A stretch of 64,000 nucleotides of DNA from assembly GCA_048013815.1 (NCBI GenBank), contig CM106586.1:11284001-11348000 (forward strand), in the 5' to 3' direction. This DNA is from Setoptus koraiensis. Taxonomy: Eukaryota; Animalia; Arthropoda. Below, in pieces: positions 11,147 to 24,806 of this stretch. The position numbers were made by a program, and so were the translations under genes. Under the pieces are notes generated by a model, which saw nothing but the letters and a program-made list of their open reading frames with translations, had not been told where the DNA came from and ran no database searches. Each line of letters starts with the position of its first letter. Position 1 is the first letter of the stretch.

Positions 11147-12494
11147 ATGAGCACCAATAACATCAATCTAACAAGTAGTGCCAGCAGCAACAGCAGCAGC
11201 AACAGCAACGACAACATGCTGATTAGCACTCAGTCAGTGATGATGCAACGACAATCGTCGCCGCCGTCTGCGACCAGCTCGTCGGCCCCAGTGCCAAACA
11301 ATCTCGCCAACAACGACAGGTATCACCGGACGCCAAAGTGCGCTAGGTGCCGCAACCACGGGGTGGTGTCCACGCTCAAGGTAAGCTAACTGTGTATTGA
11401 CCCTAATTGTGTGATCAGTTGGTTTTGTCGAGCACAAAGTGACATGACGATTTAATTCAATCACACATCATGATTTAATTTAAAAATTTGAATCGAATTC
11501 ATAATTAATTCATTAATCAATTGACTAATTGACGCGCAGGGCCACAAGCGATCGTGCCGGTGGAAGGATTGTGTTTGCGCCAAATGCAACCTGATAGCCG
11601 AACGGCAACGAGTGATGGCTGCTCAAGTGGCGCTGCGACGCCAACAGGCCCAAGAGGAGAATGAGGCCAGAGATTTGAGCATTTATTACAATTGTGAGCG
11701 GCCCATAATTGAGATGAGACAACAGGCCAGTTTGACCTACTCGGCGGCGCTGAATCAGCTGTTGCAACAACAGCAGCAACAACAACCGCAACAACAACAA
11801 CACCAGCAGCAACAGCAATCGTCGCCGGGCAGCCAATCAAGCAATCTCACGGGCGGTGTTGGCGCGTGCGGCCGAGCGTCGCCCGGCCCGCTAACAAACA
11901 ACAACAACAACAGCAACAACAACAACAACAACAGTAGCAGCAGCAGTCCAAGTCAATTGTGCTCAAATTGGCCAGCAACAGCAGCAAGCAATCATCAGCA
12001 ACACTTTGCACAACAGCAACAACAGCAGCCGCAGCAGTGCGAGTGCGATTGCGAGTGCCTAGTGGGCGAGGGGGGCGCCTTGCCGGCCCGATTAGCTATG
12101 GCCAGCGCGGCAGCGGCAATGGCCACGGCAACAACAACAGCGGCCGCAACAACGGCCCAGCCAGCGACAACAAACAATCCTCTGGCCGCTTGCTCGTCGC
12201 TGTCGAGCGCCTTTGCCGCTGCCATGCTGCCCCAACAATTGCAACAACAATTGGCGGACAATGCCGGCCCGACAACAACAAATCAAAATAATAGTCACAA
12301 CAACAACAACGACAATATTTCGCTGGCGGCGGCAGCAGCAGTTGCCCAACAGCAACAGCAATCTGTTGCTATTTATGATCACATTGTTAAGCAGGCGCTC
12401 GAACCAACGACGACAATTGCCCAACAGCAGCAACAACTGCAACTGGCCGCTAATTCCGACTTACAACAACTACTGGCCTGTCAATCAGATGGAG
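11147..12494 (+). CDS. dmrt99B: DM-domain transcription factor, dmrt99B/DMRTA-like; exons 11147-11380 and 11540-12494, 3' end unresolved
   Basis: Spliced DM domain [20 protein letters not shown]|[52 protein letters not shown] donor at 11381, CTAAT branch point and CAG acceptor at 11539. Either a GTGAGT donor at 12495 or read-through to a stop at 12532. Confidence 0.88.
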
Positions 12495-15400
12495 GTGAGT
12501 CCGATACGCTTATTATAATGTTGTTATTGTGACACATTCGCTCAATGCTCAGTGGTCTCCAAAAATGCGTCGCATGGGCGCGATCCCGTGGGCCCTTTCA
12601 TATGAGACGCAAGCAAATCGTTGGAGCAAAACTGTCATTCGTTGGGGCCAGCGTGCGACAGCGACGTGACTCCGGGATTGACTTTGCATCCGATTTAATC
12701 GGGCTGCTATTTGTCATCTTCTATCAGTTAACTCATGTCACTCATTTTCTGACACTGTGCATGTAACAAATAAGCGCAACGAACCGGGGCCAAATCCGTC
12801 CACAGATTTCGTGGACAGATTTTTTTCTCTTTCTCTTTTTTTTTTCATTCATTGTCCAACTCACAGATACATTGAGTCTATAATATCTGGCCCGATATCT
12901 GACGTGCTATATCTGCTAAAGTGTGTTCGCCGCACACAGCCGCAAACGAACGCCGTGGGCTCGTCAGTGCGCTTTCATGGGGCCCACGTCGGGGCCTGGC
13001 AAATTGCGTAACGCGGTGTCGTTGACGGCCCGGTGACAGTTGCAACTTGTAGCTGTTTGCTGTCCGATTTGCGCCATGTCACGCTCGTCACGTTGCTATG
13101 GCGACACACTGATATATATGACACATATTCGTGCATATAGGTGGCCAAACCGACAAATTGTGACACTTGTAATTGTTGCAACAATCAGTCTGGGCATCAT
13201 TGAAGATTGGGCGCGATATGATCGAGTATGTCGATTTCGCGATGCCAATGAGCGCGCAATGTTGACGACAGATTGAATTAATGGGTCAAACGCAAACATC
13301 ATTAGCGCTGATGATTTGATGATATTCACACCAATCGCAACAACTGTCGGCACGGTGTGCAGTGATTACAATTCGGGGCCACTAATGACAAACTGACCCA
13401 ATCGCAATTTATATATAAATCGGCTCGCGTGAGCCGATTTGTGTATGAAGAGAGTATAATCGATAGTTTCAATAGTTTGTTTGCTGACCACTGTTTGTTT
13501 GTCGCAGTGTGTGCACAACGAAGCAAATTATTTATTTATCTTTATTTATCATTATTATTATTTATTGTTGTCACACGATGGCCACTGCTCACGCCAGCGT
13601 CGCGCCGGGCCAACTACTTGCGACAACTCACAATTGTCAGTCGCCTCATTGTGAGCATCATATTGGCCCGTTTGATTGATAGATTGGACCGGCCCAATAC
13701 ACACACAACGCAACACAAACAGCCGGTAGCTGATGATCAAATTTTGCAGAAATTGCCTCGTGTGATCACACAGCCAGAGAGTTACATGACCGACAGAGAT
13801 CCGGTTTGACACACCAACTCTAAATTTAACCTTTGCTCGTCGCTGGCGCACAAATATAATATATAATATAACAATGGCAATAGTTAGTTTAGTTTCAATT
13901 CATCATCAACTGATCAATGATTGCGGGCCATTGTTGCTGCAACACTTTATACATTTGTATGCGTTTGCAATTTGCAGTTTTGGTGCCGTTCCCATTCGCA
14001 ACTGGCAACTTGCAACTGTGAGAATGTTAATCAATGGGCGCCCGCTCCGTTTGGCTTGTCAAGTGACATTTGAAGTGATTAACTGGGCCTGTCGCCGTTG
14101 CCGGCTCTAGCGCCGTTGGCTACCAGTTTGGCCGATAACAAATGATAAATAATAAATAAGTAGTAAGTGTGAATATAAGTGGATTATATTTGGCACTCAT
14201 AGTTGGCCCGTCAATCAAACAAAATCACAGACTCGATTGGCATACGCTGATCAAACTTGCGATTGGCTGACAGCCAGCCAAACAGCAATTGTCTGCACAA
14301 TTGTGAGCAAATTGATGCAAATGGCACAATCGTTGTTCTTTTGGCTCTTGTCTCACCCAATCGCCAGACACTCGGACACAATCGGCGCTTCGAATCCGGC
14401 GATCGCACCGGATTGGACAGTGTCACACACACACTGACACAACGGCCCACAACAGCAAATGCGACACATGAGACGGCCAATTGGTTGGCGACCATTGCAA
14501 GCCGGCATCGAGCGCATTCTAACTATTACAACCGCTCGCCGGTTTATTCATGTTCGCGTTGCACAATCGGCCGCGGCCAGCCACTGACATGTTTAATATA
14601 ATTTGATTTCATTTCATTTGACTACGTCATGATTGTTACGTGCGCATTACCAACAGTGCTGCCGATGCTAGTTATTATGTAATAACTATCATCATTATGT
14701 GATAACTATCATTATTATGTAATAATTGAATTGGCGAAAAATTCACGTTTGGTAGCCGCGATACAGTTATGCTACCAGCCAGCCAGCCAGTGAGCCGGCC
14801 AGCCAGTCAGAGACAGTGACTAGCAGGCCTATAAAGTGACAGCAACGTCCAATGATTCAGTGTTTGAGGTTTGCCATTTGTGTGCCATTGGTTGTATGAT
14901 TACGTATTATATAATATATATATATTGTATGTTATGTGTAGCATCGGCAATATAATAACGTTTCCCCTGGCCCGTTATCCTATATTGTTGTCAGTTGTGA
15001 TAGTTGCGCTGGCCAAATGATAGACAAATAAGCGAAGTCATCCCATTGTACAATTGGTCATTATTATCATGGGGCTATTATCATTATTACTACTATTACT
15101 GCTGTTACTGCTATTACTTCTATTATTATTACTATTACTATTATTATTATGGTTGTTGTTGTTGATGTTGTTGTTGTCGTTGTTGTTGCTGTTGTTGCTG
15201 TTGTTGTTGTTGTTGTTGAATCGTGATGAACCGTGCAGATATGAATGAACTGTTGTCATCAACAACAACATTGTTTGACACCGCCGGCGCAAATGACAGC
15301 CAGCCAGCCAGCCAGCCCAATTGCGCCCTTTGTCCCACGTTGCGTAATAGCATCACACATGTATGTTACGTAATATAGCATGGTAGCCCATTTGCGAAAT

Positions 15401-18021
15401 AACAGTATATATATACTGTATATACTTTTGCGCTCGCACTACACAATATACACTACACAGTATACAGTTGCTAGATGCGCGCCAATAATATTGATATTGT
15501 CACCATGACCATGATGGTTATAAATAGTCTCGCTTGACTCGAGTCGCGGGCTGACTGGCTTGGTGGGCTGGCTGGCTGACGATAATATCAATTACTTTTG
15601 TTGTTCAATTTAATAAACTGGCCCCGTTGGCGCTGCTCTATTACCCAACTGTATACACTTGACATTTTCTCGCCAGCGTAAACTGCTAATATGTGCCGAC
15701 AGTGTCGATAACTCCAACATTCAGTGTCGACAGTGCTGATGACGCCGACACTACTGACAAGGGGCCCCGGCAAAGCCAACTAAAGCCCGGCTGTGTTTTG
15801 TTGCCCTGGTTTATCCCCGGATTGCTCCGTTGACGAGGGGCCCCCACACATATTCAATCATCGATAGCTAGATACTATTGGCCCGTTGATAGCGCCAATA
15901 GCGTTGATAGCGCCAACACTATCGGTCGCCTAGAGATTTGTCCCGCGCCGATGGGGCCCGTTGCCCGTTGTCACAGGCTGCTCACTGTGCTCGAGACATA
16001 CAATACATAAGACGTCATACAATATAAGATATATGAATTTTTTGTTATATCTTATAGGTTGCTAGTCAGACACAACGAACACTGATGATACAGATACAGA
16101 GCGCGCGCGCGCGCGCGCGTACTGTCATATCACAATAAATTGTAATATGTTGGTGTCATTATGTAACATGAGGCGTGTACTGTAACGCTGCTCGATCATA
16201 TTGAGGTAATATTTTGCTTATACTTGTACTTGCTGTACGCTTGACTTATCACGGTTGCCACAAACAGCCACCGATTAATTTCCAGCCCGCTTGAGTCCCA
16301 TTAGAGAAAGGGCGCAATTTCTTTGTCGCCGCCATCGTTTGTCTCTGTCCATGACGCGAGCGAGCACTATCAATAACAATGACAACGCCAGCGGCAACTA
16401 CATTACTTATACCACCACTGGTTATATAACACTGGTTATATAACGCACACAAACACACACACACACCATATATAACCAGTGTATAACCAGTGTGGAGTAA
16501 GTGAGAATTGCAAACAATTAAATATTGTTGTTGTTGTTGTTGTTGTTGGCAATATTGTTGTGTAAGAGTTGGGTGCAGGATAACTTACATGTGAAATGAG
16601 AGAGATATTATTCCATTTTACAAGACACACTCGCTGTCAGCGAGTCACAAAACAGTATCTAGTGAGATACCGTTTGGCCACAAGAAGGATTGAGGTCGCG
16701 CAAGGTTAACAGTTATCCATTACAAGTATTATATAATGTATATATAAGTCGTTGTTGTTGTTGCCGTTGTTGTTATGTAACCCGTGGTGGGTGCGTGCGC
16801 TTGTCAACTTGCAAACACCCTGTCAGTGCGAGTGTGTAAAGTGTAAATAAGATTGAATGTATAACGGATCGCCGGCCCGACAGTGTTGTTGCCGTTGTCT
16901 CACTTTCTCACTTTATAAACAGCTATCGATAATAATAATAATGATGCATCCATGAGAGTGTTTGCGCTTGTCCGTTGCCACAAGCCAAAAGATCCATTAA
17001 CGCCTGATACCACTCGTGCCAATGCTAATGGGAGATTGGGGTGGGGGGGGGCATAGATGAAACAAACAACCATATATTGCTTACTTTTGCTTATTACTAC
17101 CATTATTATTACTATTACAATGCTAGCACGTGGCAACTGCTCGCTACTCCAATTATTTATATATCCTGTCCCCATTCCGTTGTTTACCATAGACAAATTA
17201 TTAAATTTATTAATTGCAAACTGTCTCGTTCTCTCTTGTTATGTCACTCTCCTTGCTGTATTGCTGACATCCGATACACGGCGCAGTCAACAATGTGGTG
17301 TATCAGATAGTGAATAAGCAGTTACAAACATAAGCAGTTAAATAACGGTTAATCCAGTCGACCGCTATTTGCTCGGCGCCCCTTCCGAACAATTGACAGT
17401 AGACACTTTCTCACACTACAAGACGCCCCTCTGATCTCAAGTTGTCATGATACACAACACCCTGCTTGTTGTGTTTTAAGTTGCTACTACTACAGCCCAG
17501 TTAACCTATAATCCGATGACTGTATAACTAACAACAAACTAGTTTGCCCTGTCTCCCTCTCTCTTTTCCTCTGTTTGTGCCCGCATGGTGAATGAACAAA
17601 AACTGAACTCAATTCTCTTATTTAAGCATCAACTCTAGCTAAACTTGATCGATTTAGCTCAACTTCTTTTTGGGTACACCCAACCTTTCACACCTTATTT
17701 TGTTGTCGAATCCCAATTGATGTGCTCACTATACTTACACAAGACACGACAAAAGGCTCTCAGCCGACATTCCAAGTATCACCGATGTCATGCTGAGCGG
17801 CGACCATCAACTTGGACATGTGAGCACAAACCTCTCAGCTCACTTGACTGACAAATTGACCCAGTGAAATGAGCCCGGATTTATTTAGGCACATTTTACA
17901 GTAATGTCACTATAGTATTTGATTAAGATATTTTCTCATTTTTGTTAGCGCTAGCATGCAATGCATTTTCATTATTTTGGCTTTTTTCTTTCTCTTCTCC
18001 TTGCTCATCACTCCGCTACAG

Positions 18022-18149
18022 AAATTGATTACTTTAACAAATTCTCAGAGTATGTCGCCATGTCTGGCCTACCATACTCGGAGACCATTCTCATGCACAT
18101 TTATGAAAAGTACAACCAATCTTCCGAGACTGTACGTCTGGTTCGGTGA
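18022..18149 (+). CDS. Candidate orphan coding exon (EIDYFNKFSEYVAMSGLPYSETILMHIYEKYNQSSETVRLVR*)
   Basis: Long pyrimidine tract and CAG acceptor at 18021. Non-repetitive, protein-like reading frame. Phase 1, compatible with the dmrt donor at 12495. Confidence 0.3.
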
Positions 18150-18557
18150 ATGAATAATTAATTAGTCAGACGTCTAGACACTGTTCTTCCGCAATCTTGC
18201 CCGGGGAAATTATCACTGCTCTCGCTGGGTGCTACAGACCATTAGACTAAACGACGAACAAAAAGTATAGTGGTGTTAGTAAGGCCCATTTATAAATAGG
18301 CTTAGACTGGTAATCTAGACCACTGAGAGTCTCTCACAGTGTCGGAAGAAGATGGCAGATAGGGTTTAAATGTCGTTTCCTGTCTGGGCACACCGGATAA
18401 AAGTGACAATGCAAATACAAGAGTTTAACGGAATAACTCAATATAACTTTATTAAATTATTGTAGTTATCATCAGTTCTTGATGTATATTTGTATTTTTG
18501 CCCTCGATGAACTACTCGAGCATAAGTTTTCTTCTTTTATATACTAGTTAATATATA

Positions 18558-19769
18558 TTACTTTTGCCTCATTCCGAACGGATCAGCGAATGCCGAGGCC
18601 ATATTCGGTGGAGCTGTTTGAGGTGATAGAGAGTAGAGTGAAAGAATTGATTCTTTTGTCAATATTTTCTTGGTTGCGTTACTACCGGCTCCGCCTAGTT
18701 GTGCAGTTTCATTAAACTTTGGTTCCAAATTTTTGGTTGAAGATGATAAATCGTTAAGATCGGCCGATGTAGATGACGACAGTAGAGGAGGTTGCGAGTT
18801 ATACAAAGTTTGGTCATTACAGAATGCACCAAATAGATCTTCACTCGGGCTAACTGCTGTTGCGGTTGCGTTAGCTACCACCGGATTGTTATTACTTGGC
18901 TGGCTTACGGAAGTGTTGTTGCCAATTGTAAAATTTTCAAAAAGATCTACTGCTTCGTTTGCTGCTGTTGTTGCTGCCGCTGAAACACTATTACTGCCAG
19001 TGTCGAGATCAAATAAGTCCAACAATGAATTATTGGTGTCAACCTTGTTTCTTTTACTATTGTTGGTATTATCGTTATTCGTATTATTGTTGGCCGCAAT
19101 AGTGGCCGCAACAGTGCTGAGTCCTATCTGATTTGGTGCATCAGTGATTTTGGTGCCCAAATTAATTCTATCTTTGGATGCTGTTCCTGATGGTGATTGT
19201 TGTTGTTCGGTAGGGCGAGGCTGAGATATTTTGCTAGATGGCAATTCTTTGATCAATGAGGCTCCTACGCTGCCGCTGCTGGCTTTGTTTTTATTTCTTT
19301 TTTGCTCTTTCAATCTTCTTAGTTCGTCTTCCACGTCGAAGGCGGGCTCTGGCGGTCCTGGATCCACCCAGCCTTGGGCAATGTATTTTTTTAATTCGTA
19401 TTTAGCTCGTACAAAAGTCTCTAAGCTTGTGTCTGTTTGTGGTCTGCGGAAATCATCGGGTAGATTGGCCTCATAGATTGCCCTGGCCCTGCTATTGCCC
19501 ATACGCTGTATGTAAGCAACGTGTTCTGGCCTCCATGAGTCCAGATTGACGGATTTCACTTTTGAGATGTGAACGCCCAGATTTCTGTGAATGCCCGCGC
19601 ATCGAATGCACAAAAATATGCCCAAATTCCAGGAGGCCCAACGGGGTCCTTTGGCGTCACAATCAACACAATATTTGTTGTCTTCATCTTTAAGTAGTAC
19701 CTCAATGAGAGATTGGCACTTATCGTTGATGATCTTTTGTCTTTCCTTGTCCGATTTCGATTGAACCAT
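18558..19769 (-). CDS. SMAP: Stromal membrane-associated protein (SMAP-type ArfGAP), no intron in the CDS
   Basis: ArfGAP zinc finger [46 protein letters not shown], clathrin-box-like LLDLFDLD and SMAP-type TKESILSLY motif. ATG at 19769; splice-acceptor-like site ~20 nt upstream suggests a 5' UTR intron. Confidence 0.92.
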   Translation of the reverse strand: MVQSKSDKERQKIINDKCQSLIEVLLKDEDNKYCVDCDAKGPRWASWNLGIFLCIRCAGIHRNLGVHISKVKSVNLDSWRPEHVAYIQRMGNSRARAIYEANLPDDFRRPQTDTSLETFVRAKYELKKYIAQGWVDPGPPEPAFDVEDELRRLKEQKRNKNKASSGSVGASLIKELPSSKISQPRPTEQQQSPSGTASKDRINLGTKITDAPNQIGLSTVAATIAANNNTNNDNTNNSKRNKVDTNNSLLDLFDLDTGSNSVSAAATTAANEAVDLFENFTIGNNTSVSQPSNNNPVVANATATAVSPSEDLFGAFCNDQTLYNSQPPLLSSSTSADLNDLSSSTKNLEPKFNETAQLGGAGSNATKKILTKESILSLYSLSPQTAPPNMASAFADPFGMRQK

Positions 19770-22141
19770 TTTCCTAAATGTATAACAATAACCTGTCAAT
19801 ATGTATTGAATGGGGGCTGTAGTGAATCTGCAACAATAAATATAATAACAATCTTATCCCTGTGTGTGCTCTCAGCTGTCCGACGGTGAGGTCAAATTAA
19901 AAAAGAATGAATAAATAATCTCCTAACAGTGTTAATATAATAATAGCAATAGTTTCTGGAATGTGGCGACTCGATATGGTTGTTGGGATAACAGACTATG
20001 CTTATTACTGTTGTTATTGATTCTATTACTAATAATATTACTATTAATTATGTTGATGTGTTAACGTAATGTTTTCAATACTGTTTTGCGGGCCTCCCCC
20101 GAACGACGATGACTAAATCCTCTTATCTGCGTCTCCAATTGTGGGTGTGTTGCTAAGCGATGCGACACTACTGATCCGATGCCAGGCTGGCGGCCGCTCA
20201 CACAAGTTCAACGATAGTGGTCGAGATGATAAATAATAAATTATATCATCACCATTGTGGGAAGGTCAGATAATCCCAGAGAAATAATAATAACGATAGA
20301 GATGATAATATACACACAGTAGACTCACATCGTCGAGGAGTAAAGCTGTTAGAAGGTCTAGGCAAACTATTTTGGTCGACGCTCACACACAAACAACAAA
20401 TAATAATGTCAGATGATTGCGTTATCTGTGTGTTCCATATTGTGTGGCTCGCGAGCCACCGGCACAGCAGCTGTTACTCTGGTTGCCAGGGTCTGTTCTG
20501 ATCGAAATTTAATTGCGCACAGGGTCCGCTAGGCGCGCTGTCCACGCAGACACGGCGAACGTTGGCTGCCTCAAAACGACACCGAGAGCGCCGCCCTCGC
20601 GGAAACAGTTCGTACCAGTTTGGCAAACTCAATCACAGTGGTTGTGCTCAGTGCACAGTGTGTGCCGCAACAGCAGCAGACACTCTGTGCAGCAAATTTG
20701 AATTTGATTGGGCGCCAATATCAGCTCGACGGGCCAGCCAGTTGGCTGGCCCAGTTGTATAAATCCGCGATAAATAAATGCGACGCAGATTATTTGCAGT
20801 CTCACAATCGGTGCCGATCAGAAGCCGAGCCGCCAACAAGTGGCTCGGCAAAAAGTCAAATATCTATAGTTGCTCTTTTGCATGATTTTAGCTGATGTTG
20901 TCGGTGCAATTACCTGAATGATAACATGATCAGTTGGTATTATTCAACCGAAAGAAACTGCGGCCGTCGCTCATGCCAACACCGGCTCGGCAAGACTGCT
21001 GGCAAGCTCGCCGGGCAGCACAGCTTTGTGTGTATATGAGCGTGTGTGTGTGTGTATCAGTCTCCATAAATGAATGTCGTCGGTGATGATTTTCATTTTA
21101 GAGAGATGATGTTGATGTTGTTGTTACGTCATCATCACCATAAGCTGTGTGTGTGTCGGTGTGTGTGTGTCGGTGTAATGGTATTAGGCTGACTGACATT
21201 TATAGCCGGCTCATCAGTCAGTCAACAATCGAACGGATTGAGCACAACAACATATCGGCTTGAGTGAGTTATCTTGGAGTTATCTGTGTGGTTACGCTCA
21301 CTTGTCAGGTTGAGTAGAGGCAACTGGCAATTTCTGGCTGGCAATATTGAGCCGGCAATGAGCGCTCATTGGCGGCTGCTCAGACAGGCTGCTGGTGTCT
21401 AATTGTGGACAGAGAAACTTTTCTCCGAACAAGAAAAGAATAGACAGGCCATCGATAGACGAGCGATAATTGTTGGCAGTAACGCTGTTGCGAGCGTTGC
21501 CATTGGAGCGGGTTAGCGAGTCGCTATGTCGTGGATGAGGCACGAGATGGAGGAAGAGTGTCGGAGTTGCGTACATTGTAACTTGTGCCGGTGTGTGTGT
21601 GTCTGGCATGTTTGCACCAGATTATTGGCGTTCGTCGCCGGGATAAATGGGTCTGATTTGGCTCGTCGAGCTCGTTTAGCACATTTGCAACAGCATTGCG
21701 GATTGTTTATCGGTCTGCACGCCGGCACCACAACAACAGCAGCAGCAACAACAACAACAACAGCAACAACACCGACAACGACAACAACAACATTTAGCAG
21801 ATAGTTGACAATTCTGCCAATTGTATCAGAAACATGTGGTTGTTGATGCTGTTTTTGGTTAGCTGGCTGGATTGGCATGAGCAAGGCGGCCCATGTTGCA
21901 TGGGCATGTACGAGTGGCGGCCGTGGCAAGATATGGGCATGGGATTGGCACGCAATTGGCAAGCGGCGCGCCGATCATGGCCAACGTTGAGAGATGTCAA
22001 GCGTGTTGGCACCGAAAACAAATTGTTATATCATTCCGATAATCTCCGCCGACTGCGGCTTTGTATCGTGTGTTATCGTGAACAGGCTCGAGTTGTCAAC
22101 GATGCCTGCCATATCGCCTACTACATGTATACTACACGCAC

Positions 22142-22250
22142 ATACCAATATACCACAATATACCAATATACCACAATATACCAATATACCACAATATACC
22201 AATATACCGACGATATACCAATATACCGACGATATACCAATATACCGAGC
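22142..22250. repeat. 18/19-bp minisatellite (ATACCAATATACCACAAT and variants)
   Basis: About 6 tandem copies seen directly. Confidence 0.9.
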
Positions 22251-22842
22251 CAACCGACATGCGTTGGCCATCTACGATGGCTTTCGCATTGGCAGCTTGT
22301 GCATGGGCCTAGCCAGCATGGCGTAATAGTCAATGCTGACAGTAGTTACAAGCGATGTATCATCGCAACAACAAGGACGACACCAAGGAGTGCAACAATC
22401 AACAACGAGTTGTTTATTTTCTTTCTCTGTCGCTCAAGTTGCGCTGTGACAATTTCGGCTCGGCTCGCTGCCTATACTGACACCATTGTCAGTGTTGTAT
22501 ACTGGTGACATGATGAAATATTCTCGCACTCGCATCACCTATACTCGCCATTGTGTCTAGGCACAGTGCATTTGTCACGGCGACGCTTATTTTCGCTAGC
22601 CGGCTCTCTCAGGCTCTGACAAGACCTGTCAGGTACAGGTGCCCCGGCGGCGTCAATCGCTCACGTCGGCATCGACATTGGCATCGACATGAGCGCCACA
22701 ACGGCAGCAGCGCCAGCATCAGCGCCGGCGACGTCAAATATCAAGTAGCTGCACAGGTGAGACCTTTGCTGCAAAGGCTTGGCAGCCGCGCCGAGACTCG
22801 GCGAGCCGAGCCAACTGTTGCCGACTGCTCGCTCGGATGCGC

Positions 22843-22906
22843 GGATATTAGGATGTTCGGATATTGGGATGTTCGGATATTAGGATGTTCGGATATTAGG
22901 ATGTTC
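22843..22906. repeat. 16-bp minisatellite (GGATATTAGGATGTTC) x4
   Basis: Tandem copies seen directly. Confidence 0.9.
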
Positions 22907-24738
22907 GGCTGTTCGGATGTTGCACGGAGGCGTTTATGAGAGAGAGAGTTGGCCCGGCGAACCAAGGTTGCCGTTTATGACGTGTCGCAAACTGTTTTTA
23001 TTATCGCCGTCTCGAGACACGCCAGCCGACTGGTGAATGCGAACGAGAACAATAGATCACCGAGCAACGTGGCGTCGACTTAATTGAAGGCCCGTCGCAC
23101 GCTGCCGACACGACAGCGAGCGCCGGCGACCATGGAGCGGCGCGAATCTTTCAGAGCCGCTACTCACCGTGTTGCAGTATCGTCACAGGTGAGGCGCTGG
23201 CCGCGATGATACTGGCGCTGCCGGCTTCAGGCTGGCACAGCGCCTCACTGTGTACGTCTGTGTACAGTGTATCACAAGTTGCTGCAAGTTGCTGAGACAA
23301 GTTTCAAGTTTTACACACGCCAGCCGAATCGCACGCCAGAGACTGAAAAGTGTCAGCGTTCGAGCGTCTAACAAAGTAAGCACCAAAATACCGTGTGTCG
23401 CTCTCTAGCCACGCCATGACGCAATCACGTGAGCTAGCGCCAATCAATTAACAGTGACACTGCTCACGGTGACTGTTGGTGTGTGTGTGTGTGTGTGTCA
23501 CCTTGACGACGGCGCCGATATTGTTGAACGCGATGGGCACATTATTCAGGTATCAGCGGTGCGTATGCGTGTAATATCATGCATGTAGTGTCAGTATTAT
23601 CATATGTGTCATTGTGTGCATTATTGTACGATGTGTACGCTGTCACAATGTCATCACAATGTGTCACATGCAAACACTGTCACAGGTGAGCCAGGTAAAG
23701 TGTCACACAAACACACAATGGTCGGTAATCGAACCAGAAGCGGCGCATAAACAAAACGCAACCTGAGCCACCAGCAACCGGCGCCGACCAGTAACCGGCG
23801 ACCAGTAACCGGCGACCAGTAACGAGAGTGAAGGTCAGCTCCGTGGTCGGCGATTAGCGACCACCTACGGTCATTGGCTTCTCTGGCGGGTGCCCCTCAT
23901 CGAGCCCTTGTTACACTTGTCACTTGCGCGCAATTGGCCGGCCGGTGCGCTGTGTGTGCAACTGGTCGTAACCAGTCGTACTTGTTAGTCTCGACACACA
24001 CACTGCGAGTCTCGCAAATGAGTCTCGCTCTGCCAATCGCCGACAGAGACAGTGAAATAATTAGACTGCTTGAGCGGCGCAACAAGTCGCCCGTTCGGCT
24101 AACTAACTTGCTAATAAGCATCGAGACTCTCGATTCGAGAGCGAGCCGGCGAGAGCGAGAGTGCTCATTCATTAATAATGGAACAACGTGGCGCCTATCC
24201 TGTTTCGATTGCTCTGCCGTGCGTGCCTTGCCAGCCAGCCAGCCGACCAGCCAGCCGACCAGCCAGCCGACTAGCCAGCCAGTATCTCGCCGTGCTGGCC
24301 TGCCGATCTGCCCAACAGCCAGCCAGCCAACAACCAACGGCCAACGGCCGGCAGCCGCGCTGGCCGAGTCACTCGAAAGCGGCTCGCCAGCGCCTACCGA
24401 CAACGGCTACCTGGCCGCCATTGTTGGCGACCGGCCGGCTCGCCAGACCGGCCAGATAGCGGCCATTAGTCGATGATAATCATTATTGTCATCCGACGCT
24501 CTCGCTCGGCCATTTGAGAAGCGCGCAAACTCTCGCCAGGCGCTGGCTGGCCGGCTGGCTGGCTGGCTGGTTAGCTAGTGCTGGCTGGCTGGCCGGTGCT
24601 GGCTGGCGATGGCGAGTGTTGGCGAAAAAAGATAAATAGTCGACCAGTTCGCTGGCAGGCCGACGGGAATATTGGCGATGATCAAGTTTTCACTTGTTAA
24701 TTTCTTCCAATCGCCGGCTTGCCGATCCGTGAGCAGTC

Positions 24739-24806
24739 GCGCTCATTCATCGCCAGCGCTCATTCATCGCCAGCGCTCATTTATCGCCAGCGCTCATTTA
24801 TCGCCA
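24739..24806. repeat. 17-bp minisatellite (GCGCTCATT(C/T)ATCGCCA) x4
   Basis: Tandem copies seen directly. Confidence 0.9.
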
